From Selaginella moellendorffii (Eukaryota; Plantae; Lycopodiophyta), in assembly GCF_000143415.4 (NCBI RefSeq), contig NW_003314312.1:611510-675509 (forward strand): a DNA stretch of 64,000 bases. Direction: 5' to 3'. Both the position numbers and the translations under genes were made by a program. Position 1 is the stretch's first letter; each line of letters opens with the position of its first letter. This document shows positions 1 through 12,195 of the stretch, piece after piece. The notes under the pieces were generated by a model. It was not told the DNA's origin and did no database searches. It worked only from the letters and a program-made list of their open reading frames with translations.

Positions 1-1060
1 GGCCTAGGTGCCAAGGATGGAAATGGTAACACGTGCGGGTGTTACTTTATGAAAGGGTTTACCGTTCGATGAGGACATCGAACTTCGTCTATGGGTGGTG
101 GAGTTGTGAGACACAAAATCCCTAGGCCCCAAAGTGGAGCCAAAGGGGTGCCACGTGGTAGTGGCCAAAGCGAAAGCCAAACGAGCGTAACACGTTTGGA
201 CTAAAAGCTCCGCCTTGAAAGGTCGAGAGCGGGAGTGGAACTCCCAACAAAGTGCTCGAGGAACAAGCACAAAGAGAGCAATAAGCGAGGCTCCAAAAAG
301 GGACCCAAAAGGACCAACGCATGACACGTGGAAGTGTTCGAGATGGACCCGAGTTGGAGTCCGAAGTGGAGTCCGAGAAGGACCCCGAGATGGAGTCTGA
401 GGTAGAGTCCGAGGTGGAGTCCGAGGTGGACCCGAGATGGACCCAAGATGGAGTCCGAGATGGAGTCTAAGATGGACCCGAGATGGAGTCCGAGATGGAG
501 TCCGAGATGGGCTCGAGATGGACCCGAGATGGGACCCGAGATGGACCCGAGATGGAGTCCAAGATGGAGTCCGAGAAGGACCCGAGATGGAGTCCGAGGT
601 GGAGTCCGAGTCCGAGGCCGAGACCGAGCCCAAGTCCGAGTCCGAGTTCGAGCCCGAGTCCGAGTCCGAGTCCGAGTCCAAGTCTGAGTTCGAGTCCGAG
701 CCCAAGTCCGAGTTCGAGTCCGAGCCCAAGTCCGAGTTCGAGTCCGAGTCCAAGTCCGAGTTCGAGTTCGAGTCTGAGAGGGTGAAAGCCCAAAGCGTTC
801 GTCTCCTAGACCCTAGGGGGTTTGGTGAGCTCCAAAAGTATAGTAAGGGGGAGGACTGTAGTGGAGCCAGTTTAGCTAGAAAAGGCTAATTTGGCCCAGG
901 GAGGCTGTACCCAGTGTTGGGTGATGAGCTACCCACTGGGAAGTCCAAGACTAGAGTGAACACGGACCGACAAGCGAGTTAGCTTAATGAAGTGTTCAAG
1001 AGCTGGCTCTAGTTCCCCCGGGAGATCGACTGGCTGATGCTCCCAGTCCAAGTGTGGGTG
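1..1060 (+). mobile_element. Family A LTR retroelement, 3' part: end of internal region, PPT (91-103) and 3' LTR starting TG at 105, truncated at ~1060
   Basis: Near-identical to 24812-25997 (atgggtggtggagt|tgtgagacac...). LTR sequence stops after tccaagtgtgggtg and unrelated sequence follows. Confidence 0.85.
341..776 (+). repeat. LTR-internal tandem arrays: 11/12-bp ATGGA(G)YCCGAG units followed by 6-bp GAGTCC-type units
   Basis: Directly visible; the same arrays occur in the full-length family-A LTRs and generate the spurious ESESE/LGLGL/RTPSR ORFs. Confidence 0.95.
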
Positions 1061-2605
1061 TTAGTGTTGGGAACCCCTACAATATTGAGATTGGTCCCTT
1101 AATATTTGCTATATGATAGCTTACTGTGACTGCCAAACACCTGTGTTCCATGAGTTGTTCCAAGTACCGTGGGTGAAAGTAAACCTTCCCTAGGTTTGTT
1201 ATGAGTGGCAAATAAGCTGGTTTGTAGCTGTTTAGCACAACACTAGTGGATCCTTCCTAGGCATGATTATAAGTGGATTAATCAAGACTGTAGAGATTAA
1301 TCTATTGATTCAAGTAGTCATTGCCGTACTCTCTCATAAACTATTTTTAGATTGGACTGAAGGCAGTGCAAAAACAAACTTGAGGTTTAGTAAAAAATGA
1401 AACCGAAAAGAGAGTAATTGGGAATGAAGGATCAAATACATAAATCATTTTTTCTTCTTGGAGAAATGATTTACAACGAGATGTGACTCATTGCTCGTAT
1501 TCATGGTATGCAATCAAGAGTCCCTATCTTGGTGCATATTAGAAATGATGGTCTTACACATTGTGAGTCATGGGATGGATAGCAGTGAAGCGCTATATCA
1601 TTTTGTCTAGGCTTGCTATTGAAAACTCAGGTTGCAATACTCAATTCTTCTCCGGGGAACCTTGCTATTGCTTTTTGAGTAACTTGGTGTTGAATTAGTG
1701 TTGAGTTTGGTCAAAAAGAGAGTAGTATGAACTTGTCCTTGTTGTGAACAAAAGTTAGTGGTGTTGAGTGTTGTAAGTCTCTATTAGTGGGTATGGCATT
1801 TATGTTGCATTTTGTCGAATTGAGTTAACACTTGATAGTCACATAAATTTAAGTAATGATATAGGCATTGCTCATGGTGCTACTCAATTGATGATCAAGT
1901 CATTGTGATTTTATATCATAGCTATGTGTTAATGAGTAATGTATTTACGAAGTTTCTTGGTCAACCCCAATGTAGTTGATGGTGAAGCTAGTCTACTTAC
2001 ACGTAATAGCATTATAGTAGTTTTGATTGGATTCTTGATGGTGGTCTATTATACTAAGCTTAAGTTGGTTCCTTAGTTCCTTGAGTTTTCCCATTATGGT
2101 GTTAGAAAAGGGTGGTAGTATTCATTTGCTATAACTCGTTAGTTGATCCGTTAGCACTTAAAGTAGATTGTTGAATGGAAAAGATGTGTAGTTGAGGCAT
2201 TGATATCACTAGCAATATATTATGATATATATTATTATAAATAATATATTATATTATCTCGATCACTAATGATGTCCTCCGGCAAATCAAAATCAGGAAA
2301 AACCTTCAAGTAATAAGACGAGATCACCCACCTTATATTATATTATATTATGCTGGTCCATATGAAGTGTTGGAGTGCATTGGTAAATCGGCTTATCGAG
2401 TGCTGCTGCCAGCTAGGGTGAAAATTCATCCGGTATTTTATGTTAGCTAGTTGAAAGGTGTACTATCTTGGAGTGACGGGCCCAATGCCTCCTTGATGTA
2501 TACGGCTATGGAAGATGGACCAGGAGCTTGAGCAGGATTCCCCAGAAAGGGTGATCACCGGCACAACTCATCCTTGGGACAAGGACTTTGTTGGGGGGGA
2601 AGAAT

Positions 2606-2946
2606 TGTTAGGCGCCAGCTTTGACTATGTGGTTAACGTTGGTCAAAGGGAGGCTCAAGGGTATATTAAGGCATGTTAGGGTAAGGGACTTAACCTACCC
2701 TAGGGCTCACAGGGGAGTGGCGGCGCAGTGGAGCTTTTGAGGTAGCTCGGGGGTGGTTGGGTGGTGAGGAACCTCAAGAGGTGGTGTAGTATAGTTTAAG
2801 GCAACTAGATCTTTGTCTTTTTGCGCCGGATCATAACATTTAGCATAGTCTAGGGCAACTAGATCTTTGTCTTTTTGCGCCGGATCATAATATTTAGCGT
2901 AGTCTAGGGCAACTAGATCTTTGTCTTTTTGCGCCGGATCATAACA
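2606..2946 (+). repeat. Ty3/Gypsy LTR (TG...CA), preceded by PPT (~2593-2604) and followed by tRNA-Met PBS TGGTATCAGAG (2948-2958); 54-bp tandem triplication of the LTR end at 2800-2946
   Basis: ggggggga-agaat|tgttagg start and cataaca|ttggtatcagag end; inverted partial copy at 3576-3694. Confidence 0.85.
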
Positions 2947-3575
2947 TTGGTATCAGAGGAATAATACCTATATTAGGAAAAATAATAATATATAATAATA
3001 TAATATAATATAATACCTAATAATAGCCAAGGACAGTGGGATCTACATTTTCTGTTGGTGCAATTTGCTTACAACAATAGCCAACACAGTGAACCAAGCT
3101 AAGTCCTTACTTTGCCATGTTTGTAAGACATCCTCGAACAATGGTGGAGTTGGGATTGCATTTGAGTAAGGACGTTCAAGATAAACTTGATTTTGAAAAC
3201 CAAAATCATTATATTATATTATATTATATTATCTTGAGGATATCAGCCTTCCTCAAGTATTGTAAATCATGCGAGCTTTGTCAGCGGGTTAAGGTGCCAC
3301 GGGAGAAGCCAGGGGGACTTTTGCAACCTTTACCTATTCCTCAGAGCCGTTGGTGTAGTATCTCTATGGACTTCATCACTTGTTTGCCATGAACACAGAG
3401 GCAAAAGGAGCAAGTATGGGTCATAGTGAATCGGTTGACGAAGTATGTGCGGTTGTTGGCTCTTCGAAAGATTGTCATTGCCTCAAACTTGGCTGCAGTT
3501 TACTTGGAGAAGGTTTTTCCTGATTTTGATTTGCCGGAGGACATCATTAGTGATCAAGATTTAAAGTTCACCAGC

Positions 3576-3950
3576 GCCGCCGCTCCGCTGTGAGCCCTAG
3601 GGTAGGTTAAGTCCCTTACCCTAACATGCCTTAATATACCCTTGAGCCTCCCTTTGACCGACGTTGACCGCGTAGTCAAAGCTGGCACCTAACAATTCTT
3701 CCCCCCCAACAAAGTCCTTGTCCCAAGGACGAGTTGTACTGGTGATCACCCTTTCTGGGGAATCCTGCTCAAGCTCCTGGTCCATCTTCCACAGCCGTAT
3801 ACATCAAGGAGGCATTGGGCCCGTCACTCCGAGATAGTACACCTTTCAACTGGCTGACATAAAATACCAGATGAATTTTCACCCCAGCTGGCAGCCGCAC
3901 CCGATAAGCCGCTTTACCAATGCACTCCAGCACTTCATATGGACCAGCAT
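3576..3950 (-). mobile_element. Gypsy integrase C-terminus (GPY motif), PPT and truncated 3' LTR
   Basis: Reverse complement of 2349-2725; translates [20 protein letters not shown]; LTR TG at 3694. Confidence 0.85.
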
Positions 3951-3975
3951 ATCGATGGGATTATATTATATTAAT

Positions 3976-6900
3976 CCTTTTGCCTTTGTGTTCATGGCAA
4001 ACAAGTGATGAAGTCCATAGAGATACTACACCAACGGCTCTGAGGAATAGGTAAAGGTTGCAAAAGTCCCCCCGGCTTCTCCCGTGGCACCTTAACCCGC
4101 TGACAAAGCTCGCATGATTTACAATACTTGAGGATATCAGCCTTCATATTCCTCCAATAAAAGTTGCGCTTAATCAACTCATACGTCTTCTTCCCCCCAA
4201 AATGACTGGCCTCTGGACGATCATGATAGTGGAATAAAACTTGAGTAATTAACGCATCCACCTATGGCAAATATACACGGCCATTGTAGTAGAGAATCCC
4301 ATCCACCAATGAGAAAGGGGCTTCCATCTGGGCTCGCAAAGAGGCCACCTCAGCATCCTGAGCCTAAGCATGCTCAACCAACTACCCAAACTTGCTGACC
4401 ACCTTACTCAAATGATAACAAAATCGTGTTCGTAACGTCGTCACATGACGAACACGAGATAAAGCATCCGCCACCACATTTGATTTTCCGGGACGATGCT
4501 CAAAAGGAAACTCCCCAAACTCCATGAGTTTGACCATCCAACGAGCTTGCCTAGTGTTCAACTCCTTCTGTGTGAAAAGATACACAAGTGGTTTGTGATC
4601 TGTCAACACCACGAACACTGCACCATAAAGATAGTGCCGCCACGTCCGCAAAGCATGAACAATAGAGAGTAACTCTTGCTCATATGTGGAATAGCGTTGC
4701 TCCGCGGAATTCAAAGTTCAACTCTCATATGCAATAGGCTGTCCCTCTTGCATGAGAACTCCTCCTAGTGCATAACCACTCACATCACATGTCACCTCGT
4801 AAGGTTTCAATGGATCAGCAATGCGAAGCACTGGAGTTTCGCTCAACAATTGTTTCAGCGCCACAAAACTCTCCTCTTGTGGCTTCTTCCACTTGAATGG
4901 CACATTCTTGCGTAACAACTGCGTCAAAGGAATAGCCACCTCTGCAAACTTATGCTGGAAACGTCGGTAGTAACTAGCCATACCACGAAAATTGCGCAAC
5001 TCGGCCACTGTAGTCGGTGTAGGCCAGTTTTCCACCACAGCCACCTTCCTTGGATCTGTCTTGACACCCTTAGATGTCATAATATGGCCTAGATATTCCA
5101 CCTCCGACTTTGCAAATTCACATTTGCTCTTCTTCACATAAAGTTTGCTGTCTTGAAGTAACAAAAGAACTTTGCGCAAATGCACCCTATGCTCCTCCAT
5201 ATTCTTGCTAAAAACAAGAATATCGTCTAAGAAAATCTCCACAAACTCATGAAGATAACGCCCAAATACCTCCGTCATCAACCGAGTAAATGTGGCCGGT
5301 GCATTCGTCAAACCAAATGGCATAACTGTAAACTCAAAATGTCCGAAGCTTGTGTTGAATGCCGTCTTGGAGATAGATGCATCATCCATTGCAATCTGAT
5401 GATATCCACTCCTCAGATCAATCTTGGTAAACACTCGTGCTTCACCAAGCTTGTCCAGGATATCATCCACATGTGGCATCGGCATCTTATCCTTCACTGT
5501 CTTCTTGTTTAAAGCACGGTAGTCAATACACATCCGCATTGAACCGTCCTTCTTCTTCACAAGCAAGACCGGAGCACCAAAAAAAGACTTACTTGGCTGA
5601 ATAAATCCAAACTCAAGTAACTCCTGGACTTGTCGTTGAACTTCTTGCTCCTCCACATAACTTAACTGAAATGGACGCCGATAAATTGGCTGCGTCCCCG
5701 GCTCCAATGTAATCCCATGCTCCACACCTCGTAATGGAGGCAATTCATGAGGAAGTTCAGATGGAAAAACATCAGAAAACTCATCAAGTACATCCCGTAC
5801 TGCTACTTCTCCCCCACACATGCCTTGGTCCCCCAAGTCACGAACAAACAGCAAGTAACTTGAAAGTGCTTTTCCATTACGACAAGCCCGCTTCAAAGAT
5901 GTAGCAGAGAGCATAACAATTGGTGGTTGAACACCCTCGCCAAACCACACATCTTTAATGCCACCATACTCCAGCAAGATACGCTTAATGCTCCACTTTA
6001 TCTCTGGATCCACCTTCACCAACCATGGCATCCCAAGAATAAGATCCACACGATGGATATCTGCGAGATAAAAAGTCTCCACAAGTGTGGTTTTGCCAAC
6101 CAACACTTCCAGCCCCTCGACACAAGCATCAAAATGCTGAGCAGAGGTACTTCCACTGTGTATGGAAGAACTCCACGTGTGTTCAGGCGATGCTTCGCAA
6201 CAAACTTTGCCGAAACAAAGTTGTCATTGCTCCTACTATCCAGTAAAATCTGCACTGGATCGCCACGAAACACGCCCTCCAGCATTAAAGCTGATTCACG
6301 CGTATCCTCGAGCTCCATCTTGTTCCACACACAGTTGAATTGACAAGCAACGATTGAAAGTCTCTTCCTCTGACCGGAATGGTCGTTCTCGTCATCCTCA
6401 CACTGTAAAGCTTGCAACTTTTTAGTATCTGACTTACCATGAGAAGATGATTGGCCATTCTTCTTGTCCTGCTGCTTGTTCTTCAACTGCGGACAATCAG
6501 CCTTGTAGTGTCCAAGTTCGCCGCAATGATGACAACCCTGTCTATAATTCTTCACAAAGAACTTCTGCTTCTTGGACCCCTTTGCATCTGAAGTAGTCAC
6601 CACCGACTTCAACTTGTGATGCTTGTTCCCATCCTTGTGTCCACGGCGATCATCACGACGATTCTCGACAGAAGGACTCCGCGAACGCTTGCGAGACTTG
6701 TGCTTGTCATTGTCAAGTCGACGAGCCGCATCAAAGAGCTCCTCCAAACTCTTTGTAGGCTGAGAATGACGCAAGTGTTGCCGCATGCTCTCACTATGTA
6801 GACCATCAATGAAGTAGGACTTGTTCTGATCTGGATCCTTCGTTAGAACACAACTAATCAAGCGAGTAAGCTTCTCGATATAATCCCCAAGCGTCATTTT

Positions 6901-7440
6901 CCCTTGCTGGAAATGGTGAAGTTCTATACGAACATTCTCCATGTCGTAATGAGGGGCAAAACGTAAATGGAAAGCAGCCTCAAACTCATCCATGGTAGAC
7001 ACTGGTGGTTTCTTATTCGCAACACAGGACTCCTCAAGCCAATTCCACCATCGAAGACCCGCATCACGCAAAACCATCGGAATAGCCACTAAAGCCTCTG
7101 CATCTGGAGTTCCTCTAGCAGCCAAGAACTTCTTCACATTGGCTAGCCAAGCGAGACACTCGTCCACACCACCATCACCGGAAAAGGTTGGAATCTTGAG
7201 TCGATCTACCAAAGAAGGCTTACTTGGAGCGCTACCCCATCCAGCCTCGAGTGCCTCAACACGCCCACGCATGGTATCCATCATGCCATGCATCTCGTCT
7301 TGCATCTCTTGCTGATTTTTATTAAGGGCTCGCAGCTCATGAACCACATCTTGAATGGTCCAAATCTCTGCAGCTTCATCGGCACCATCGTCGGCACCAC
7401 CATCGACAATAGGATTCCAGCGTTCAGCTTGGTCGGCCAT
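3976..7440 (-). pseudogene. gag-pol: Ty3/Gypsy gag-pol: Gag with CCHC knuckle, aspartic protease, RT, RNase H, N-terminal integrase; frameshift and stops
   Basis: CHHCGELGHYKADC knuckle; ILLDSRS protease motif; RMCIDYRALN, KIDLRSGYHQ, MPFGLTNAPATF, FLDD (RT); TDHKPL, NVVADALSR (RNase H); [12 protein letters not shown] integrase Zn finger; PBS at 7454-7464 just upstream; frameshift ~6125, stops at 4718, 4382 and ~4263. Confidence 0.95.
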
Positions 7441-7480
7441 CGCAACCAACTCCTCTGATACCAATGTTATGATCTGGCGC

Positions 7481-8738
7481 TTCGGACATTTTGAGTTTAC
7501 AGTTATGCCATTTGGTTTGACGAATGCACCGGCCACATTTACTTGGTTGATGACGGAGGTATTTGGGCGTTATCTTCATGAGTTTGTGGAGATTTTCTTG
7601 GACGATATTCTTGTTTTTAGCAAGAATATGGAGGAGCATAGGGTGCATTTCAAGGTTCTTTTGCTACTTCGCGACAACAAACTTTATGCGAAGAAGAGCA
7701 AATGTGAATTTGCAAAGTCGGAGGTGGAATATCTAGGCCATATTGTGACATCTAAGGGTGTCAAGACGGATCCAAGGAAGGTGGCTGTGGTGGAAAATTG
7801 GCCTACACCGACTACTGTGGCTGAGTTGCGCAATTTTCGTGGTATGGCTAGTTACTACCGACGTTTCCAGCATAAGTTTGCAGAGATGGCTATTCCTTTG
7901 ACGCGGTTGTTATGCAAGAATGTGCCATTCAAGTGGAAGAAGCCACAAGAGGAGAGTTTTGTGGCGCTGAAACGATTGTTGAGCGAGACTCCAGTGCTTC
8001 GCATTGCTGATCCATCGAAACCTTACGAGGTGACTTGCAATGCGAGTGGTTATACACTGGGAGGAGTTCTCATGCAAGAGGGACAGCCTATTGCATATGA
8101 GAGTTGAACTTTGAATTCCACGGAGCAACGCTATTCCACATATGAGCAAGAGTTACTCTCTATTGTTCATGCTTTGCGGACGTGGCGGCACTATCTTTAT
8201 GGTGCAGTGTTCGTGGTGTTGACAGATCACAAACCACTTGTGTATCTTTTCACACAGAAGGAGTTGAACACTAGGCAAGCTCGTTGGATGGTCAAACTCA
8301 TGGAGTTTGGGGAGTTTCCTTTTGAGCATCGTCCGGGAAAATCAAATGTGGTGGCGGATGCTTTATCTCGTGTTCGTCATGTGACGACGTTACGAACACG
8401 ATTTTGTTATCATTTGAGTAAGGTGGTCAGTGAGTTTGGGCAGTTGGTTGAGCATGCTCAGGCTCAGGATGCTGAGGTGGCCTTTTTGCGAGCCCAGATG
8501 GAAGCCCCTTTCTCATTGGTGGATGGGATTCTCTACTATAATGGCTGTGTATATTTGCCACAGGTGGATGCATTAATTACTCAAGTTTTATTCCACTATC
8601 ATGATCGTCCAGAGGCCGGTCATTTTGGGGGGAAGAAGACGTATGAGTTGATTAAGCGCAACTTTTATTGGAGGAATATGAAGGCTGATATCCTCAAGTA
8701 TTGTAAATCATACGAGCTTTGTCAGCGGGTTAAGGTGT
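7481..8738 (+). pseudogene. pol: Inverted duplicate of Gypsy RT(C-half)-RNase H-integrase(N)
   Basis: Near-identical reverse complement of ~4088-5348; same proteins; same TGA after PIAYES (8105-8107). Confidence 0.93.
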
Positions 8739-10624
8739 CACGCATTAATATTTCGATTATCATATTATATTATTCTCTTTTTTTAGTAGAGATGACATTA
8801 TCATGTTGAGTGATGAGGAATTTTCCTTAAACCTTGATTTTTCAAGTCATTTTTTTTGTTAGTATTTTGGCTTCATATTGAATCTTGTTGAAGAAGAGTG
8901 TTAGTGCAATATGGATATCCGAAGATATGGTCTTTGTGATCAAGCCTTGGATATTCATTTTGCATTTTGCGGATATCAGTGTTGGATTTTGGAAAATGGG
9001 CAAAAGATGTTTGAGGCTTAAGCATATTATGGGTCTTGAGAATTTGTGTTGAGGTGAACCTATGTGAAGTTGTTGGTAGAAGGAAGTTGGTTGAGTTTTG
9101 AAAGTTTGTATTCCTGGACTGAGAGTCATTCTTTCTTTAGGATGGAAAGTTTTCCACAAATATTCTTAGGCTTTTCCAATGGGTGATCTGTTGATCACTT
9201 TGCTTGAAAACCATTTCTTTTCATAAACCAGTACAAACTAAGTGAAGGGGTTGGAGTTGACTGTGGTTAGCCTAAACCTTAATAGGTAGTTTATATGATA
9301 CGGCCCAAAAGGGATACTGACTTTTGCTGCTAAGGCAACTGAGTTGGATAGAATCTGGAGTTGGCATAGAAAAGTGGCTGTTGCACTTTTCCAGAAAAGT
9401 GACCCTTGTGCCTTTCTTCTATAGCATTATGCTTAGTGGTAGGTTATACCTTGCATTTCATTAAACTCTATGAGAGTAGTGAGCTTTTACTGATCTTGAC
9501 TTAGTCTTGGTGGCCTTGCATCTTGGCTGAAGATAGTGATGTCCAACTTAGTTGTTTGAGGTTGAGATGTTGGTACCCATACTATAGCTTTGCCTATGAA
9601 GAGGTTGTGTACCGATATGAGTTTATCTTATGGTCTTCACTTTAGTTTCGACTTAATGTTGATCATGTATAGCTAGCCTCTTCAAGGCATGCTCGGAGCT
9701 ATTGGCTAAACGTGTTGGTGAGTTTATTGAGGCTGAGTTGGATTTAAGTAGTCATTTAGTTTATGCTTGTCCATGAATCTTTATCTCATATCTGGGGTAT
9801 TATGTTCATATTGGAGAAGTATATATCTTGATGACATGAGTTTAGTGTTCGGGTCTTGTGAAGGCAAGTTGAAGGGTGATTGTTAGTTGCTTTACGACTA
9901 GTGATTACTTGTAAACTTCGTCGAGAACTATTGACACTTGCTTCACTTGATGATGATTTAGCAGTGATTGACTTGCTTTACTAGATGGTGTTGAGGAGGA
10001 TCGTGTCGTGGCTTGCATGGTTTTTCCCTATTGGCATGTCGACTCTACCTCTATCGATATCATTTGATTACGTTTAGTCCATGGTATTAGATTTTATTGA
10101 GTCTTGGATGTGGTGATTCACTCTTTGATGATGTGTTATCTATAACTAAGTATTGTTGAAGAACTAATCTTGGATACTAAGTATAGTATCCTCGACTTTG
10201 GTTAACTTAGTTGTTAGAGAGCTTTGAGTGGTGATTCACTCTTGCTTTCTTCTAGCTTTGTTCTAGTGTTGATGGCATTGAAGTGATGCCTTGTCGTTGA
10301 CATTGTTGATGTTAAGATTCAAGTGAGATGAAATGTCTTTTTATAGGATTGATATTGAGTTTTATTAGTTTTGATGAAAATAATGTTGATGATTTGGCTA
10401 TGGCTTTGTGTTATTGGCATTCGTGCATTATTAGTTAGCAACTATGACATTCAAATGAATTGAGTGGCAAGTTGAGTTAATTGTGTTCTAGACAAGATTG
10501 TTTAGTCGTGGTTGAGCTTTGCCTTTTCCTTGAAAATTGATTCAATCGTGAACTATACTAACTTTATAGGAAGAAGAGTTAGTGATTGATATTGGAATGC
10601 TTGAATCCTTATTAGATTTTTTAG

Positions 10625-12170
10625 GGCGTGGCCATTGAGAGAGTGAGAGAGAGAGAGAGAGAATATTCTAGTCTTGAAAATATTCCCTATCTTCCTTGTA
10701 TAAAACCCTTGCCCCATAAGGGCAAGGGGGGGGCATTTTGTTGCTGAAGGAGCACTTTGTACTCCTTGAACTCCACTAAGGCAGACTTAACTGTAGCAAG
10801 CATCTTTTCAGCGACTAACTGTGATGCTATGATATGGGCAGAAGCATAGGGACAAGCTGCTAGGGGTCTCTAGAAGAGCTCCTTGGTGAAGGAGACATCG
10901 AGTTCATGGAACATCTTTGACTTAAGCTCTATAACATGTGTGTAGGCATTATGGCATCATTGGTGGCAGTGCTTAGCGACTTTCTTTTGGAGCCCAGGCT
11001 TGAGGCCTTGTACAAAGGCTGACACTCTAATAGATTCCTCTTCTATGGCTCTCTTATCAAGGTAGATCTTCTAAAATGCTTTGAATCGTGTTGTATAATC
11101 AAAGACAAACTCATTCACACCTTGCCAAAACTGGAACAAGTCTTGGACAAGCTGTTGCAAAGTAACCTCTTGAGAGAATGTGCTCCTAAATGTCTAGAGA
11201 AAAGTGTCAAAGTCTTCCTTCTCCTCTGCCTCCAGTACAAGTACCCATTGTCAGGCTTGGGAGAAAGCTCTTTGCCTCCTCTATAGCACCACATAAAAAG
11301 GTATTGAAAATTTCCTCCCAAAAAATGGCGAGAAGCTTAGCAATTTTTCCCCATGCTTGAAATAAACAAGTGTGAGAGAAAAACTGCTCCAAATCACTTG
11401 AAATCACTGCAAATCTCACATGAAAACACTCCCAAGAAAGCCTGTGAGTAAATTTATTAGAAGAGATCAAGAAAGATAGAAATCGTGGTGTATTCAACTT
11501 GTGCCATGCTTCCAAAGTTTCTATTGTGCACACCGTGAAGAAATAGAAGCTACATTTACTGATTCATGCACCAAATCCAAGAATGTTTTATGCTAAACTA
11601 TGTATCTTGACGAGATCTACAAGCCCATGATTGCCATGTCTCAAATTGATTCCCCAATGACCCACAACAGAAGAAAACTAACTTATCTTATACATAAAGA
11701 AAGGAAACTCAAGAGACCCTTAACATTTTAGCATGGCACTTAGAATTTGCAGTTGGGCACATCCCTCTTTGCTTTTAAGATCTCTCTAGCACCAATGTTA
11801 TCACCAAAACTCAGATTTCTCAAAAATTTGCTCCAAAACCTCAAGAAATACCAAAGAACCAAAGGGAGGATTGGCTAGAAAGCAATCCTCCCCAATGGAG
11901 TTGCAAAATATTGAGAGTGAAGCCTCTCAACGGTGGGGAGAACACTCTCTTATGCTCTAAAACCCTGCTCAAAACATCCTTCTTGTGTGAACTCCCTACC
12001 CTAAAAAATGGGGAAGAAGTAGGAGAATATACCCCTACACCCCAGAATCTCCTCACGCTCCTAGAATATTCCAAAAATGGAATATTTTAGGGAATCTCAC
12101 TCAACTCTAAGCCATCTCTTAACAAGTGACCACAGTAGGAGTAGGAGTAGGAGAATTGGACTACTCCCTC
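10625..12170. mobile_element. Fragments of family C repeat (LTR-like sequence flanking the second Gypsy)
   Basis: 10625-10750 matches 62773-62895 (+); ~11300-12000 resembles the reverse complement of 56140-56720 and 63465-63870. Confidence 0.6.
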
Positions 12171-12195
12171 TCTCTCAAAATATCATGGCTACAAC

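Larger units (their letters stand above)
2216..8785. mobile_element. Mosaic insertion of Ty3/Gypsy fragments in both orientations joined by (TATAT)n-like fillers
   Basis: Flanks (..gatatcactagcaa | ttagtagagatgacatt..) are nearly contiguous in the uninterrupted family-B copy at ~13310-13350. Fragments: IN core (-) 2257-2315, IN C-term/PPT/LTR/PBS (+) 2349-2959, IN (+) 3026-3572, gag-pol (-) 3576-7480, RT-RH-IN (+) 7481-8738. Confidence 0.8.
1140..10620 (+). mobile_element. Family B degenerate AT-rich LTR-retroelement internal region, interrupted at 2216-8785
   Basis: 1150-2215 and 8786-10600 align in order with 13040-14870 and 33070-34246; no intact ORFs. Confidence 0.7.

Noticed and set aside
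4-889. Long ORFs rich in SDSD/ESES/LGLG/RTPS (also 18623-19505, 24851-25988, 35021-35915, 54409-55373)
   Set aside because: They are translations of stop-free LTR microsatellite arrays, open in several frames on both strands, and are not genes.
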